Shown here one piece after another: positions 10,501 through 21,050 of a stretch of 64,000 nt of DNA. Under the pieces are notes generated by a model, which was given only the letters and a program-made list of their open reading frames with translations, did no database searches and was not told the origin of the DNA. The stretch lies in assembly GCA_965218695.1 (NCBI GenBank), contig OZ244651.1:1056001-1120000 (forward strand). The letters run 5' to 3'. Origin of the DNA: Nitrosopumilus sp. (GTDB lineage Archaea; Thermoproteota; Nitrososphaeria; Nitrososphaerales; Nitrosopumilaceae). A program made the translations under genes and the position numbers. Every line of letters starts with the position of its first letter. Position 1 is the first letter of the stretch.

Positions 10501-12287
10501 CTCAGCTCGTCTACGCAGAATATGACCGGGGATGACGAATCTGCCCTGCCTGACACAAGATAGTCAAAGACGGCCATTATTCTGGAGTCATCAGAATCCG
10601 TGCCTGCCACGGATCCCGGAAGAACCGTGAACAGCCTGATGCCGGATTTTAGGACATCGCTGAGTTCCTGGTTTACAGTAGTGGTAAACGGCCTGAGTGC
10701 GCCCCTGAACACCTCTACCTGCGCCCTCTGCACCCCGGTGACCTTTCTTCCGGCAGGCATGTCAGGACCTACAATCATGACTGCGCCCCTGGCATCCCTG
10801 TAAAGGCGCGGATCCAGCCTGCCGCCGGGCACAAACATCTCAAGGGTTCTCTGGGCAACGGTTGCAGGGGTCGTGATGAATTTTTTAATCAGATCGTCCC
10901 ACTGGCCCCTTGTCAGTCCTGTCATCTGCGGCATCCCCTCAGGCAGCCTGCCGGTAAGGTGAATCACGCCCAAAATGTCCCCAAGGTTGGTCCTGGCAGT
11001 CTCCAGCCATCGTGTTACCTCCTCGGGATTCTGAATATCTACAACATGTGAGTGGAACCTGCCGCCGATGTATTCCTGAAGGTCTGCAGGCACTGACTTT
11101 GATATGAAGCATGCCACCTTGCCGCCATTCTTCTCAACGTGGCCTGCCAGGGCCTCCACCCTCTGCGCGTCTGTCATGTCCGTTGCATCGATTGTAAGCA
11201 CGACTGCCCTTCCCTTGAAATCCTGCGTGTGGACCTCCGGGGCCGTGGTTGTGACGTGGGGCTTTACCGGGTAGAACACCCTGTCGCCGGGAATCACCTT
11301 TCCGTTTAGAATCCTTGCCATGTCATCGCCGCACAGGTTGAGGACTGATTCGGCAACCTGGCCCTGTGAGAGGAACTCCCGGTTTGCAATCATTTGCGAT
11401 GTGTTCTTTTGAACCTTTTCTGCTATGGCCTGAATCTTCTCCAAAAGGCTGGTAAGGATGCCGGTCAGTTCTGCTGCATCGTGGAGGCCTGCAAGCTTGC
11501 CTGCAGCCTTTGCAATGCCGTCCCTGATTACATCACTGTCCTCGCCCAGCAGCGGAAGCAACTCCCTGTTTGCCGCATCGACTTCTACGGGAGTGAGGTC
11601 CCCAAAACCGCTCACCCTCATAAACTCGGCAGCCGCCTTGGGGTATACGGTCTTGTAGATCCTGTCAGAGTGTACCGGTCCCGGATTTGTCGCAATCGAT
11701 ATTATTCCCTTCTCTGCAAGCTCCCAGGAGATCATCTCTGCCAGCCGGTTCTTTGCCCCCTGCGATGCAGTGTACGGGCTTCTGAAACGGTACGGCCTCT
11801 GCTCCAGAGGCCTCTCCTCTGTAAAGAACGTCGAGATGGTGATTATCTTGCCCCCCTCCTTCATTACCCTCAGGGCCTGTACGGAGCCCCAGAACGTTCC
11901 GGTCAGATGAATTCCAACCGTGCTCTTGAATTCGTCAAGAGGCGCGTTTGCAAAGCATGTTACCGGGCCGGAGACTCCGGCATTATTAATCACATAGTCT
12001 ACTGTGGCTCCGTCATGGTGCAAAGAGTCAAACATGCCGGTCATTCCGGACTCGTCGGCAACGTCCACGCCTGCAAATATCCTGACTGACGCACCTGTAT
12101 CGTTCCGGGCTATTATCTCCTGCAGCATGCCTGCCGTCTCTTCCAGGGGTGCCGGCCGCCTTCCAAGAATTATCACGCTGGCACCGTTCTCTACAAACTT
12201 TTTGGCTATCGCCTGACCGATGCCGGTACCGCTGCCTGTCACCAGGGCGGTCTTGCCTTGAAATTTTAACATGGACAAGATGCCCAT
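10497..12287 (-). CDS. Two-domain SDR, probable malonic semialdehyde reductase (3HP/4HB carbon-fixation cycle)
   Basis: TGSGTGIG and NNAG motifs, atypical active site YRFRSPYTASQ, ~590 aa; matches what I recall of the thaumarchaeal enzyme. Confidence 0.75.
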   Translation of the reverse strand: MGILSMLKFQGKTALVTGSGTGIGQAIAKKFVENGASVIILGRRPAPLEETAGMLQEIIARNDTGASVRIFAGVDVADESGMTGMFDSLHHDGATVDYVINNAGVSGPVTCFANAPLDEFKSTVGIHLTGTFWGSVQALRVMKEGGKIITISTFFTEERPLEQRPYRFRSPYTASQGAKNRLAEMISWELAEKGIISIATNPGPVHSDRIYKTVYPKAAAEFMRVSGFGDLTPVEVDAANRELLPLLGEDSDVIRDGIAKAAGKLAGLHDAAELTGILTSLLEKIQAIAEKVQKNTSQMIANREFLSQGQVAESVLNLCGDDMARILNGKVIPGDRVFYPVKPHVTTTAPEVHTQDFKGRAVVLTIDATDMTDAQRVEALAGHVEKNGGKVACFISKSVPADLQEYIGGRFHSHVVDIQNPEEVTRWLETARTNLGDILGVIHLTGRLPEGMPQMTGLTRGQWDDLIKKFITTPATVAQRTLEMFVPGGRLDPRLYRDARGAVMIVGPDMPAGRKVTGVQRAQVEVFRGALRPFTTTVNQELSDVLKSGIRLFTVLPGSVAGTDSDDSRIMAVFDYLVSGRADSSSPVIFCVDELR

Positions 12288-12434
12288 CTCTTGGCAATAT
12301 TTAATTGGATTGATTCACGTGGTGCATGACAGCCCCAGTCCGGGATCTCGGCAGAAACAACGCAAATGGCCGTGCCATGCCTTGACGTATCCCGGACGTC
12401 TATCTTTATTTGTGGGTATGATTCATGGTTTTTG

Positions 12435-12671
12435 ATGCACGATGCGGAATCGGACACGTTTGTCCCTCAGACTTGGCCTGAGAAGCTCTCAGACATGCTA
12501 AGGGATATCGGCGTGGACTCTGAATCAAGGGATATCGGCTCCTGCGATGTTGAAAGCGGGGACTACTACAGCCGATACTTTGCCCAGACGCCCAGAATGG
12601 TGACCAACAGGGGCTGCCTTGACATAAAGGACTCCAACATTGATATGGTGCAGATAATCCAAAAGGGGTAA
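12435..12671 (+). CDS. Hypothetical protein
   Basis: ORF from MHDAESDTF, closely coupled to the next gene. Confidence 0.6.
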   Translation: MHDAESDTFVPQTWPEKLSDMLRDIGVDSESRDIGSCDVESGDYYSRYFAQTPRMVTNRGCLDIKDSNIDMVQIIQKG

Positions 12672-12674
12672 GAT

Positions 12675-13052
12675 ATGCAGGATCCAAATCCAATACCATG
12701 GGGCGCACTTGACAGGTATCAGGCGCATTTTATTGTAAAAAGGGATGCAGGAGCGTCAGTCCAGAACTTTGTTGCAAGAACCCGCCTTGAGACCCGGGGC
12801 CATTTTGCATCAAAGACGATCACGGCGGTTCGATGGAACGGCCCCGGCAGCTTGGCTGCGAGGCTCAATGGCGATGAGGCCCTCAACGACATGATCAAGG
12901 CACAGTCACTCAAAGACGCGACAATCTATGTCGAGCCCACCGATAATGTAGTCCGAATCAGGGGAAAATGGGACAACCACCTCTCGTTTGGAATTACCCG
13001 CCAGATGTTTGACATCTACGACAGGATAGCATCCCACATTAAGGCGCTTTAG
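12675..13052 (+). CDS. Hypothetical protein
   Basis: 125-aa ORF, convergent overlap with endA. Confidence 0.7.
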   Translation: MQDPNPIPWGALDRYQAHFIVKRDAGASVQNFVARTRLETRGHFASKTITAVRWNGPGSLAARLNGDEALNDMIKAQSLKDATIYVEPTDNVVRIRGKWDNHLSFGITRQMFDIYDRIASHIKAL

Positions 13053-13603
13053 GCCTTCCACCAGTCGATGGCAAGAAAGTCTACCCTGTTCCTGCGTGGT
13101 ATTGCCAGTATGAACTGCTTTCGTACGGCGGCTGCCAGCCTTCCTGCCAGAACGATTCCGGTGGATGTGACCGGCTCGCCCCTCTTGTAGACCTGGACCA
13201 GGTACGGGGCGTGATCGATTCCAGGCCCCTTTTCATACACTGCAAAGTCACAGCCGAACTTTATTCCGGGATTCACAATGTACCCCTTGTCCCTGAAATT
13301 CTTGTAGACTAGGTATTTTTTGTCAAAATCCTGATACTCCTGCCGGCACACCTCGGTCATGGCCTCCTCTGTGACCCTTCTCCTGGACTGGGTCACGGTG
13401 ATCCTCTTGCTCTCCAAAAGGTACAGCCCCTCTATAAGATCCAGAATCAGCGGGGCGTCTATCTCTTCAATCTTTGGCTTTGGAATCCCTATGGGCTTTC
13501 CATAGTAGCCGCTGCCAAAGAGGTCTTTGGAATCCTCAATGTTCCATACTACGATTCTGTTCTCGATCAGCTCCCCCCTCATCGCTTGTTGGGAATTTTT
13601 CAA
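13049..13603 (-). CDS. endA: tRNA-intron endonuclease
   Basis: YLVYKNFRDKGY, GIKFGCDFAVY, HAPYLV, RLAAAVRK. Confidence 0.93.
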   Translation of the reverse strand: MKNSQQAMRGELIENRIVVWNIEDSKDLFGSGYYGKPIGIPKPKIEEIDAPLILDLIEGLYLLESKRITVTQSRRRVTEEAMTEVCRQEYQDFDKKYLVYKNFRDKGYIVNPGIKFGCDFAVYEKGPGIDHAPYLVQVYKRGEPVTSTGIVLAGRLAAAVRKQFILAIPRRNRVDFLAIDWWKA

Positions 13604-13706
13604 GTATATGAACCATAATTTTACCGGCTACGTCCGGCCGTCATGCTGCGCCGCACGAGGACATGGGGATTTACCGGTAGCATGGAAAAAATGGGGCGGG
13701 TGCCGT

Positions 13707-14366
13707 CTAAAGGCTCAATGCCAGCAGGATAAACGAGTCTGAGACCCTCTGACACTTGTCAGCCATCTCCTCGATTCCCTCTATCACGTCCTTCATCAGC
13801 AGCAACTCCTTTGTATCAGATACTCCTGTCAGCAGTTTGAGCGTTGCATGCCTGTACTTGATGTCTATCTCCCTTTCGATGGTCTGCGTCTCCTGGGCCA
13901 GTTCGATGGCGTTTGCAGTGTTTGTATTCAGGCTTCGGATGATCTCGTTTAGCTTGTAGATCTCGTCTACAACCAGTTTGATAAGATTTGTCACATCCTT
14001 GTCAAGATGTGCGCTCTTTAGGGTGGAAGGCTTTACGTTTGAGAGTTTGAAGGAGATCCCGGTGATGTAGCCGGCAATCTCGTCCATCGTATATGCCGTG
14101 TTGAGGAGGTTCTCCCGGTTCATTATCAGCCCTCCGACGTCAGCCACTTCGCGCGTGATCTTTCTTCTCAGACTCTCCACTTCTTCTTCAATGGTCGAGA
14201 TCTGCTCCAGTGCGTTCTTGATGCCTGCCCTGTCCTTTCTCATCATCAGATCCGGCAGCGTTGCAAGTTCCCTTGCCGCATTCAGAATTCGGTTAATCTC
14301 GTCTTGCAGGACTGCTATGGCCTTTCTTTTTGCCTGAACTTCCAGCTCTCCGCTATACATAACCAT
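13707..14366 (-). CDS. DUF47/PhoU-like phosphate transport regulator
   Basis: Repeated helical motifs IEEEVESLRRKI / IEREIDIKYR / IEEMADKC. Confidence 0.8.
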   Translation of the reverse strand: MVMYSGELEVQAKRKAIAVLQDEINRILNAARELATLPDLMMRKDRAGIKNALEQISTIEEEVESLRRKITREVADVGGLIMNRENLLNTAYTMDEIAGYITGISFKLSNVKPSTLKSAHLDKDVTNLIKLVVDEIYKLNEIIRSLNTNTANAIELAQETQTIEREIDIKYRHATLKLLTGVSDTKELLLMKDVIEGIEEMADKCQRVSDSFILLALSL

Positions 14367-14562
14367 TGATGGAATCCTTACAGGTAATTTAAATCATTTA
14401 TGATTGGGTTCCTGCCAAACATGCAACAGCATGCCTGTCTCCATGGGGAATCATCCCAGGAATGTCGGTATGTGTTGCGCATGGATGGGGTCGGCCCTGC
14501 ATGCGTGACTGTATTCGGAGGGTCGTCCCTGCCAAAATCTATATCCTCTTGCGATTCATGGC

Positions 14563-15204
14563 ATGTCGTTGAGGATTCACCCTGGAATGATTGGCGCACT
14601 GAAGGGGATAATACCTGGCGGCGTGTCTGTGGACGACTTTTGCGCAGTCACTGGCATGAGTCGTGAAGACTCCGGCCTGACTCTTGCCGGGCTGGTCAAA
14701 GACGGCATCGGCAGTACAGAGGATCAGTTCTATCACTTTCAGGACGGCGACCGTCTCAGGGTTGCAATCCGTCTGCTCGAGGGGGGACTCCAGGCCGACG
14801 ATGTCTCGGAGGCCCTTGACTGGCGGGATTTTGAAGGGCTGACGGCCCAGATTCTCTCCTCGGAAGGATTTGCAGTCATGAGGAACATGATCCTTACGAA
14901 ACCCCGAATGGAGATTGACGTGGTAGGCATCCGGCTGGGCGTTGCAATCCTGATTGACTGCAAGCACTGGAGGCGCTACAGCGAGTCATCGCTGAAATCC
15001 GCAGTCGGCAATCAGATTGCCCGGACCAAGCACTACGTTACAAAGACTGCCGGGGCGATAGCCGTCCCTGCAATCGTGACGCTGTACCGGGACAAGCTGA
15101 GCTTCATCAACAACGTTCCGATAGTGCCCATCTCCCAACTCTCCTCGTTTATTGACGAGTTTTATGGCAACCTTGATCAGATGAGGACTATAGAAACAGG
15201 CTAG
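14563..15204 (+). CDS. Mrr-like PD-(D/E)XK restriction-endonuclease-fold protein
   Basis: LDWRDFEGL, EIDVVG, LIDCKHW. Confidence 0.75.
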   Translation: MSLRIHPGMIGALKGIIPGGVSVDDFCAVTGMSREDSGLTLAGLVKDGIGSTEDQFYHFQDGDRLRVAIRLLEGGLQADDVSEALDWRDFEGLTAQILSSEGFAVMRNMILTKPRMEIDVVGIRLGVAILIDCKHWRRYSESSLKSAVGNQIARTKHYVTKTAGAIAVPAIVTLYRDKLSFINNVPIVPISQLSSFIDEFYGNLDQMRTIETG

Positions 15205-16936
15205 TTATGAACAGGGCAACCCCCCCAATCACAAACCCCTTGGTGATCTTCAGGGAGTTGTCCAGCGCTTTTGAATAGTCCTCATAAATCCCCTGCCCCA
15301 TCACCTTCACGCTCGTCTGGCTCTCCAAAATCTCAAACCTTGCCGGGGCCGTGCGCGACTCTGCATCCCTTGCAATCTTTAGAAACCATCCCGTGAGCTT
15401 CTCATTGTCCGTAATCAGTCCCAGGTGATAGTATCCGTTTCTGTTTCTTGCCTTTACCGGTGCATAGTGCGTATCTGAGGTACAGATCTCAAAAAGTTCA
15501 AGGTCCCTTTGGGCAAACTTGCTGATAACCTCTTCCCTTGCCCCGTTCTCCATGTTGTTTGCATCTGCCCATCCCAAAAAGTATCCCTTTTTGTTGATCT
15601 TTAGGCAGGCCACCCCGAGCCCTCCCATGCCAAGATCCTCCGCCCAGACGTCCATCCCCTCGGAGTTTGCATAGCCAAACTCTACTGGGAACTTGTCCTT
15701 TGTACTCAGTGCATCAAGGCATGATCTTGCGGCACTCTGCATGTCCCTGCCGTCCTCATCTGAGATTACATCCCCCATTGCGTTGTGGCAGTCCACTATC
15801 ATCGGCTTTGCATAGTTTTTGCCGTATGCGTACTGCTCGATGTCAGTCTTCATGTAGTTTGGAATGTCCTCCATGCCGTGCGGTGACAGCGAGAGGAACA
15901 GCAGCGGGCGGTCGCCAAACAGCAGGCCGGTAACCCGTGCCTTGTTTGTCTGAACCGTGACAGGCTCCGTACACTGCGTGCCCTCCCCCTTGACGCTGTT
16001 CTCATCCAGGCTGCCCAGATAATTTTTGACTTCGTCCTGCGTCGGAAGATTCAGTGAATGATCCGAGATACTGTGCATGACCATGGCCGATGACGACCAT
16101 TTCTTGTAAATCCTGTACGGTATGTTGCTTCCGCCAACCGGGTGGTACGGGCCCGGATGAATCTCCGGCAGGACCATCCTGAACTCCGTGCCGCCGTCTG
16201 GGGGTGAGATTCTTATCTGGGACGTCGACACGCTTGTCTTGCTTGAGCGCTGTTCCATGATCTCTTCGGCCTCTGTATAGTCGTCCTTTTGTGACGCAAG
16301 ATACGCCTGTATGGTCTTGTGCGTGCTCTTCATTCTAGGCCTTCCGGCCCTGTCTGTGAGCAACGACCAGACGCTGGCAATTACCATAAATGAGATTCCG
16401 TACCCGAGCGCGAGCGGCTCGGTGAGCATCGCAAGCCACATGTCATGCGGGATTAGCACCATGAACATCGCAAGCGGCTGTATGAGGCATATGGCCCACG
16501 CCTTCTTGATGCTCGCCCCGAGGGTGGTGGTGTAAATTCCTATCCTAAAGCTTGTATACAGGAGCATTCCAAATGTCACAAAGAACAAGGAGGGCTCCTT
16601 GTCCAGTACGATGCTTGCCAGCATTCCCATTAGGATGGTAACCACCCACAGCATGTTTGCAAACAGTGACGAATGGAGCGATTTTGAGTACTCTCTCTTC
16701 CTTGCAAACCTGGTATCGAGCAGTTGTGTAAGCCCCAGCACGGCAACGATTATTGGAATTCTGTACCATACATCATCAAAGGCAATCTGGCCAAGGTATC
16801 CAAGATACGTTGCAAGCGCGATCACCGTCGCGATGGCCAGCGATGCTGCCAGCGAAAAATAATGCGATGAAGGGTTCAGCAGTGTAAGGAAAAACCTGTT
16901 GTGTATGTTGGAGACATTATCTAGATGTTCTTCCAT
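15188..16936 (-). CDS. DUF2070 family membrane protein
   Basis: N-terminal TMs; IHPGP, MHSISDH, VDCHN, DANNM, CTSDTH. Confidence 0.88.
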   Translation of the reverse strand: MEEHLDNVSNIHNRFFLTLLNPSSHYFSLAASLAIATVIALATYLGYLGQIAFDDVWYRIPIIVAVLGLTQLLDTRFARKREYSKSLHSSLFANMLWVVTILMGMLASIVLDKEPSLFFVTFGMLLYTSFRIGIYTTTLGASIKKAWAICLIQPLAMFMVLIPHDMWLAMLTEPLALGYGISFMVIASVWSLLTDRAGRPRMKSTHKTIQAYLASQKDDYTEAEEIMEQRSSKTSVSTSQIRISPPDGGTEFRMVLPEIHPGPYHPVGGSNIPYRIYKKWSSSAMVMHSISDHSLNLPTQDEVKNYLGSLDENSVKGEGTQCTEPVTVQTNKARVTGLLFGDRPLLFLSLSPHGMEDIPNYMKTDIEQYAYGKNYAKPMIVDCHNAMGDVISDEDGRDMQSAARSCLDALSTKDKFPVEFGYANSEGMDVWAEDLGMGGLGVACLKINKKGYFLGWADANNMENGAREEVISKFAQRDLELFEICTSDTHYAPVKARNRNGYYHLGLITDNEKLTGWFLKIARDAESRTAPARFEILESQTSVKVMGQGIYEDYSKALDNSLKITKGFVIGGVALFITSLFL

Positions 16937-16943
16937 TGCTTTT

Positions 16944-17108
16944 TCACGGAACTAAAAATATATCAATTATCCACGATACCACGATTAAGCTTATGGGGAT
17001 TGATACTACGATCTTTGGGTCCAGCTTGAATCCCTTGGTCTCATCCTCAAAGAACCTCATGAGGCCACCGCTTGAGGCCGGAAGCGGTGCGGATTTTTTG
17101 CTACTCAT
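16944..17108 (-). CDS. secG: Preprotein translocase subunit Sec61beta
   Basis: Manual translation: MSSKKSAPLPASSGGLMRFFEDETKGFKLDPKIVVSIPISLIVVSWIIDIFLVP. Confidence 0.9.
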   Translation of the reverse strand: MSSKKSAPLPASSGGLMRFFEDETKGFKLDPKIVVSIPISLIVVSWIIDIFLVP

Positions 17109-17387
17109 TTAACCCAATTGCAAAGATTTTAACATAAAAACTTTATTCTTCAGAGGCCCGCTTCTTGGAACCGGCAAGAGTCAGATCGTTCTTCTGGAAC
17201 AACGGTCTGCAGTGTGCCAAGCCTCATCGCATCCTGCACTCTGCTCACCTGGCTGCAAGCCCTGCGTTGCCTGGTGTTGCAGACAGTCCTCGTGGATTTT
17301 GTCCAGTAACACGTCCTATCCCGCCCTTGGTGTTGTGTGCTGGCGTTGCAGCAGTCAGCCGTGGCGATCGCGATCTGCGATCTTGTA

Positions 17388-17473
17388 CATACTCAGGTCC
17401 CGGTATTGTCTAGGCGTAAACATGTACTGTTTTACGTATATTCACGCCTGAGTTTGAGGGGGACCTGAGTATG
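17388..17473. mobile_element. 86-bp MITE-like palindromic element
   Basis: 14-bp perfect TIR catactcaggtccc / gggacctgagtatg, internal imperfect palindrome, gta repeated on both flanks. Confidence 0.7.
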
Positions 17474-17505
17474 GTACGCGATCTTTCAGTCTTCCCAGAA
17501 GTAGC

Positions 17506-18696
17506 TCAGGGTAGCACCGGCGGCGGGGGCTCCGGCGGCTCTTTGTAGCCAAATACGATCAGCAACAGCAGCATGTCCCTGAGATCCTGTTGGGTGATCG
17601 GGGGATCCGTGGGATAAATCCCGGTAACGTGCATCAGCGTTGCGTTTGCCATTACCCAAGCGTTAAAGACGGCTACAGAGTACACAAAGCACAAAAGTCG
17701 CGCCATCGGGTTCTTGCTGTGCGTCTTGGCCCTTGTGTTTTCTATCATCCGGTATCCAGTCTCTATGCCCCACCTGTTCCCGTACGAGTCCGGATCCACG
17801 TCGGGGACGTTGGTGGCAAACCCGATGTATTTCTCGTGCGGCAGCAGCTCGTCGTCGTCCTTTCTTTTCTTCCTCTTCTTCCTTTCTGTGATGGTCATCG
17901 TATACGACACCTCCCTGCCATCTCCCCCGACGATGACGGATTTGGAGACGCGGCCGCGCCTGCCTGTAGCAAACTCTGCGATGGCATCCACCACAGTATC
18001 CGTATTCTTGCATGGTATCAGATATTTGATGCCCATGTCCCCAAGCGTCCCCATTACGTCTGCCGTAAAGAACTCCCTGTCCAGCATCGCCATTCCGATG
18101 CAGGCCCCCACGTCCCGTGCAGAGCCGATGATTTTACGCACGAAATCGGCAGTATCCTCAAGTGACGGCATGTTCAGGACGCCTAACACGAGGCGAAGGT
18201 TCTGAACCGTGGACTGTATCGTGATGTACCTCTCAAAGACGTGTGTCCCGTCCTTGGCCTTTGAGCGCACCAGTTCTGCCCCGTAGCTCTTGTCGTATCT
18301 GGGTATCAGGTGCATGTCGATTGCCAAGTCAATCTCCTGGTCTTTCTTGAGCAGTCTCATCTTGCGCATCTGGTCAAGCTGCAGGACGACTGTCTTGGCA
18401 AAGCATTTGTAGACGTCGCTGCCACGCGTCCGGGATGCCGCATCGCGCATCCACTCATCACTTGGGCGTGAGTCCCCGTCTGCACCGCCGATTCTCTTGG
18501 AGGACCTGGTGCATCCGGCCACCTGCCTGCCGTGCGCACATGCGCCTGCCATGCTTCTGTGAAAATCCTCGGTGCCGTAGATGGCATTGTGCCTGTGTGA
18601 GACCATGATGCACGGGGACATGCCTGCCCCTACCGTGTCCAGAACATCTTGATATATGCGTGGGTTGTTAAGCAAGTCGCGTCTCAGTTGGTTCAT
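17506..18696 (-). CDS. ISH3-family transposase
   Basis: LAIDMHLIPRYD, MLDREFFT, YGNRWGIETGY; paralogue of 3717-4853. Confidence 0.9.
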   Translation of the reverse strand: MNQLRRDLLNNPRIYQDVLDTVGAGMSPCIMVSHRHNAIYGTEDFHRSMAGACAHGRQVAGCTRSSKRIGGADGDSRPSDEWMRDAASRTRGSDVYKCFAKTVVLQLDQMRKMRLLKKDQEIDLAIDMHLIPRYDKSYGAELVRSKAKDGTHVFERYITIQSTVQNLRLVLGVLNMPSLEDTADFVRKIIGSARDVGACIGMAMLDREFFTADVMGTLGDMGIKYLIPCKNTDTVVDAIAEFATGRRGRVSKSVIVGGDGREVSYTMTITERKKRKKRKDDDELLPHEKYIGFATNVPDVDPDSYGNRWGIETGYRMIENTRAKTHSKNPMARLLCFVYSVAVFNAWVMANATLMHVTGIYPTDPPITQQDLRDMLLLLIVFGYKEPPEPPPPVLP

Positions 18697-18771
18697 TGGT
18701 AGTTCGATGACCTTCTGAGATTGCCCTAATTGATCTGTTTTGATTTTGGGCTGTTTTCAGGTACTTCTGGG

Positions 18772-20963
18772 GTACGCGTTCACCTCCCCCCTTGCCAATT
18801 CCACGCTAGTCGGGATGTCATACATGGGCATGTGATTGACTCCATCATGGAATCATCCACCAGAAGACACGTCGGTGTGAAAATGTATGGCAATGCCATC
18901 CTGCAGGCAGGCCTGAGGCTTTTTGCGGCATGATCTGCGATGCATCCTGCCTAAGCCAAATGGTGCGGCAACGATCCGGATCTGCGGGATGTCGTGGCAC
19001 GGTTATTTGAGATTCGGAAATATCGGGGGCGGTATTCCGGACCCGAACATGTCCTGCGAGGCATCGGCAGTCACCGCGTCCCCCGAGAACATTCCAAGCT
19101 TTTCTGCCGTGGCGTGAATCGTCTGGAGTTTGGCAAAAGTGTCGGCTGCCTTCCAGTTGGGAAACGCGTGGTGTATGTCGCGCGGCCTTACGATGTGCGT
19201 TCGTACGGCCCTCTCGCACGCGTTGTTGTTGCCGTCCATTCCAGGATGCCTGATAAACTCTGTAAGGTATGGCGCGGCGCGTTCAAGCGAGCCTGCAAAA
19301 TCGCGGCTCTTCTCGTCTGAGACGCATCCGTTGCGGCAGGCATCGACGAGCGTCAGGATGCGTTTTTGCAGGGAATCCTGGCTTGATTTGACGTATTCTT
19401 CCAGTCCCGGGGTGTTTTTGACGAGTCGGCCTGCGTCGCAGGCCGACTCTTCTGCCCTGCCGGCCATCTCGAGTGCATTCCTTGCGGCGGTCTTGGCGTC
19501 CCGATATATCTTGAGCAGCGTCACGTACCACGCATACTCGAAGGAATTGACTCCGTGGCGTATGGCCAGGCCCTCGCACTTGCGAACCACGTGGACAAAG
19601 CACGTCTGAAAGTCCCCCTCAAGGGCGTTGCCGGCACGGTACATGTCTGCCACGAACGGCCTGTTCAGCACCATCCAAAGCACGTCCCTCATGGTCTCCT
19701 TGGTCTTGTCAGGCCTGATGCATACCAGCACGCAGTATTTTGAGATCAGTAGTATGGCCTGCACGTTCTTTCCTGCGACCTTTTCGCCGGACTCGTCTTC
19801 GGACACGCTTGGCGCCATGCTCATCTTTTCTGTTATCTGCGTGATGAGCGGCCGCCTCATCAGGCCGTTCCATGCGGTATGGCCGCCGGCGTCGGGTTCG
19901 GGGCGCGCAGGCGTGGGGAACGGCGCCCCGAACAAGGGAGACGGCATGTCCTCCTTTGGCTCCGGCAGCCTCGGGGCGTCTCCGAGGCTGCCGCGCGTTG
20001 CTATTGCCTCTAGGGCGTGGGATATGCACCCCAGTGATGCCCTGATGCCGTGGTTTGATGCCAGCAGGTACTGCATGCTTCTGAGCGAAACCGATACCCT
20101 GTGCATGTTGGCAATCTTCTTTCTCAGGTTGGGGCCAAACCACGTTCCGGGAATCGAGTCCGCGTCAGGATACGTGACTGCCTGGCACGTGAGGCAGTAC
20201 CCGGGCGCGATCATCTCGGCATAACAGACTGGCTTGCCGGATTCGGTGACATCTATCACCGTCTTCCAAAAGGCATCCTCGGGCAGCATGTAGGTGCCGC
20301 CGCAGTTTTTGCACATGGGCGCACTGCACATCCTGATGTCAGCCGGCCTGCGGCCGTGGGAGACTCCCGGCTGACCCGGCCGGTGTCCGGGCTTTTTGCC
20401 CGTATCTGGGGCATCGCCCGTGTCTGCCCTTACCTGCGGATCACTTTTGAAGGCTCTTCGCTTCCGGGTAAACAGCACGGCGCCCCTGGATGAATGGTTC
20501 CAACTCTCGTGGACTGAAAGTTCCCGGGCCAGCTGCTTCTTCTCTGCCTTCAGGGTCCGGATCTCCTCTGCCTGGTGCGCCGTCTCCTCGATAACGACAG
20601 CCAGCGTCTTTCCGGTGGTTCCCAGAGAGGCTGCGACCAGGCCCAGCAGGATCTCCACGATTCCCCACACGCGGCGCAGCTCTGCCTGCAGTATGATCCT
20701 TTCGGATTTCGGGACAACCATTCAGGACTGCACCTGCATCCGCCGCGACGCCGTGCAGTTTGCATTCTTAAATACGGATTCTGCGTGTGTATATTGGCGC
20801 ACGTGCGTGTGGGTCATGGTAATTCACATCTCACGTGCAGCCGTTTTAATCACCTAATCTAAAAAATCTAATTTTGTTTGTAAATTCTGACCCATCCAAT
20901 TGTCATATGTGCCAAAAGGCTCAACAGTGTCGCACCAAATGGAGGGGGGAGGTGAACGCGTAC
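18772..20963 (-). mobile_element. IS66-family IS (single ORF) nested in the ISH3 TIR
   Basis: TIR gtacgcgttcacctccccc / gggggaggtgaacgcgtac; 8-bp TSD cttctggg. Confidence 0.9.
19003..20721 (-). CDS. IS66-family transposase
   Basis: Coiled coil, KPGHRPGQPG, CxxC Zn fingers, DES, ADMY, QTCFVHVVRK, NNNACERAVR. Confidence 0.88.
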   Translation of the reverse strand: MVVPKSERIILQAELRRVWGIVEILLGLVAASLGTTGKTLAVVIEETAHQAEEIRTLKAEKKQLARELSVHESWNHSSRGAVLFTRKRRAFKSDPQVRADTGDAPDTGKKPGHRPGQPGVSHGRRPADIRMCSAPMCKNCGGTYMLPEDAFWKTVIDVTESGKPVCYAEMIAPGYCLTCQAVTYPDADSIPGTWFGPNLRKKIANMHRVSVSLRSMQYLLASNHGIRASLGCISHALEAIATRGSLGDAPRLPEPKEDMPSPLFGAPFPTPARPEPDAGGHTAWNGLMRRPLITQITEKMSMAPSVSEDESGEKVAGKNVQAILLISKYCVLVCIRPDKTKETMRDVLWMVLNRPFVADMYRAGNALEGDFQTCFVHVVRKCEGLAIRHGVNSFEYAWYVTLLKIYRDAKTAARNALEMAGRAEESACDAGRLVKNTPGLEEYVKSSQDSLQKRILTLVDACRNGCVSDEKSRDFAGSLERAAPYLTEFIRHPGMDGNNNACERAVRTHIVRPRDIHHAFPNWKAADTFAKLQTIHATAEKLGMFSGDAVTADASQDMFGSGIPPPIFPNLK

Positions 20964-21050
20964 CTTCTGGGAAGACTGATCTTTACAGATAAGTTTATAA
21001 GTATGGTATTAGTAAATTTTAAATATTATAATGAAAGGTTTTGGGAGAAT

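Larger units (their letters stand above)
17487..20978 (-). mobile_element. ISH3-family IS whose right TIR is interrupted by an IS66
   Basis: TIR cagtcttcccagaag / cttctgggaagactg; 6-bp TSD atcttt (17481-17486, 20979-20984). Confidence 0.88.

Noticed and set aside
20874-21050. N-terminal extension of TFB in the ORF track
   Set aside because: It runs through the IS66/ISH3 ends; the real start is probably 21051.
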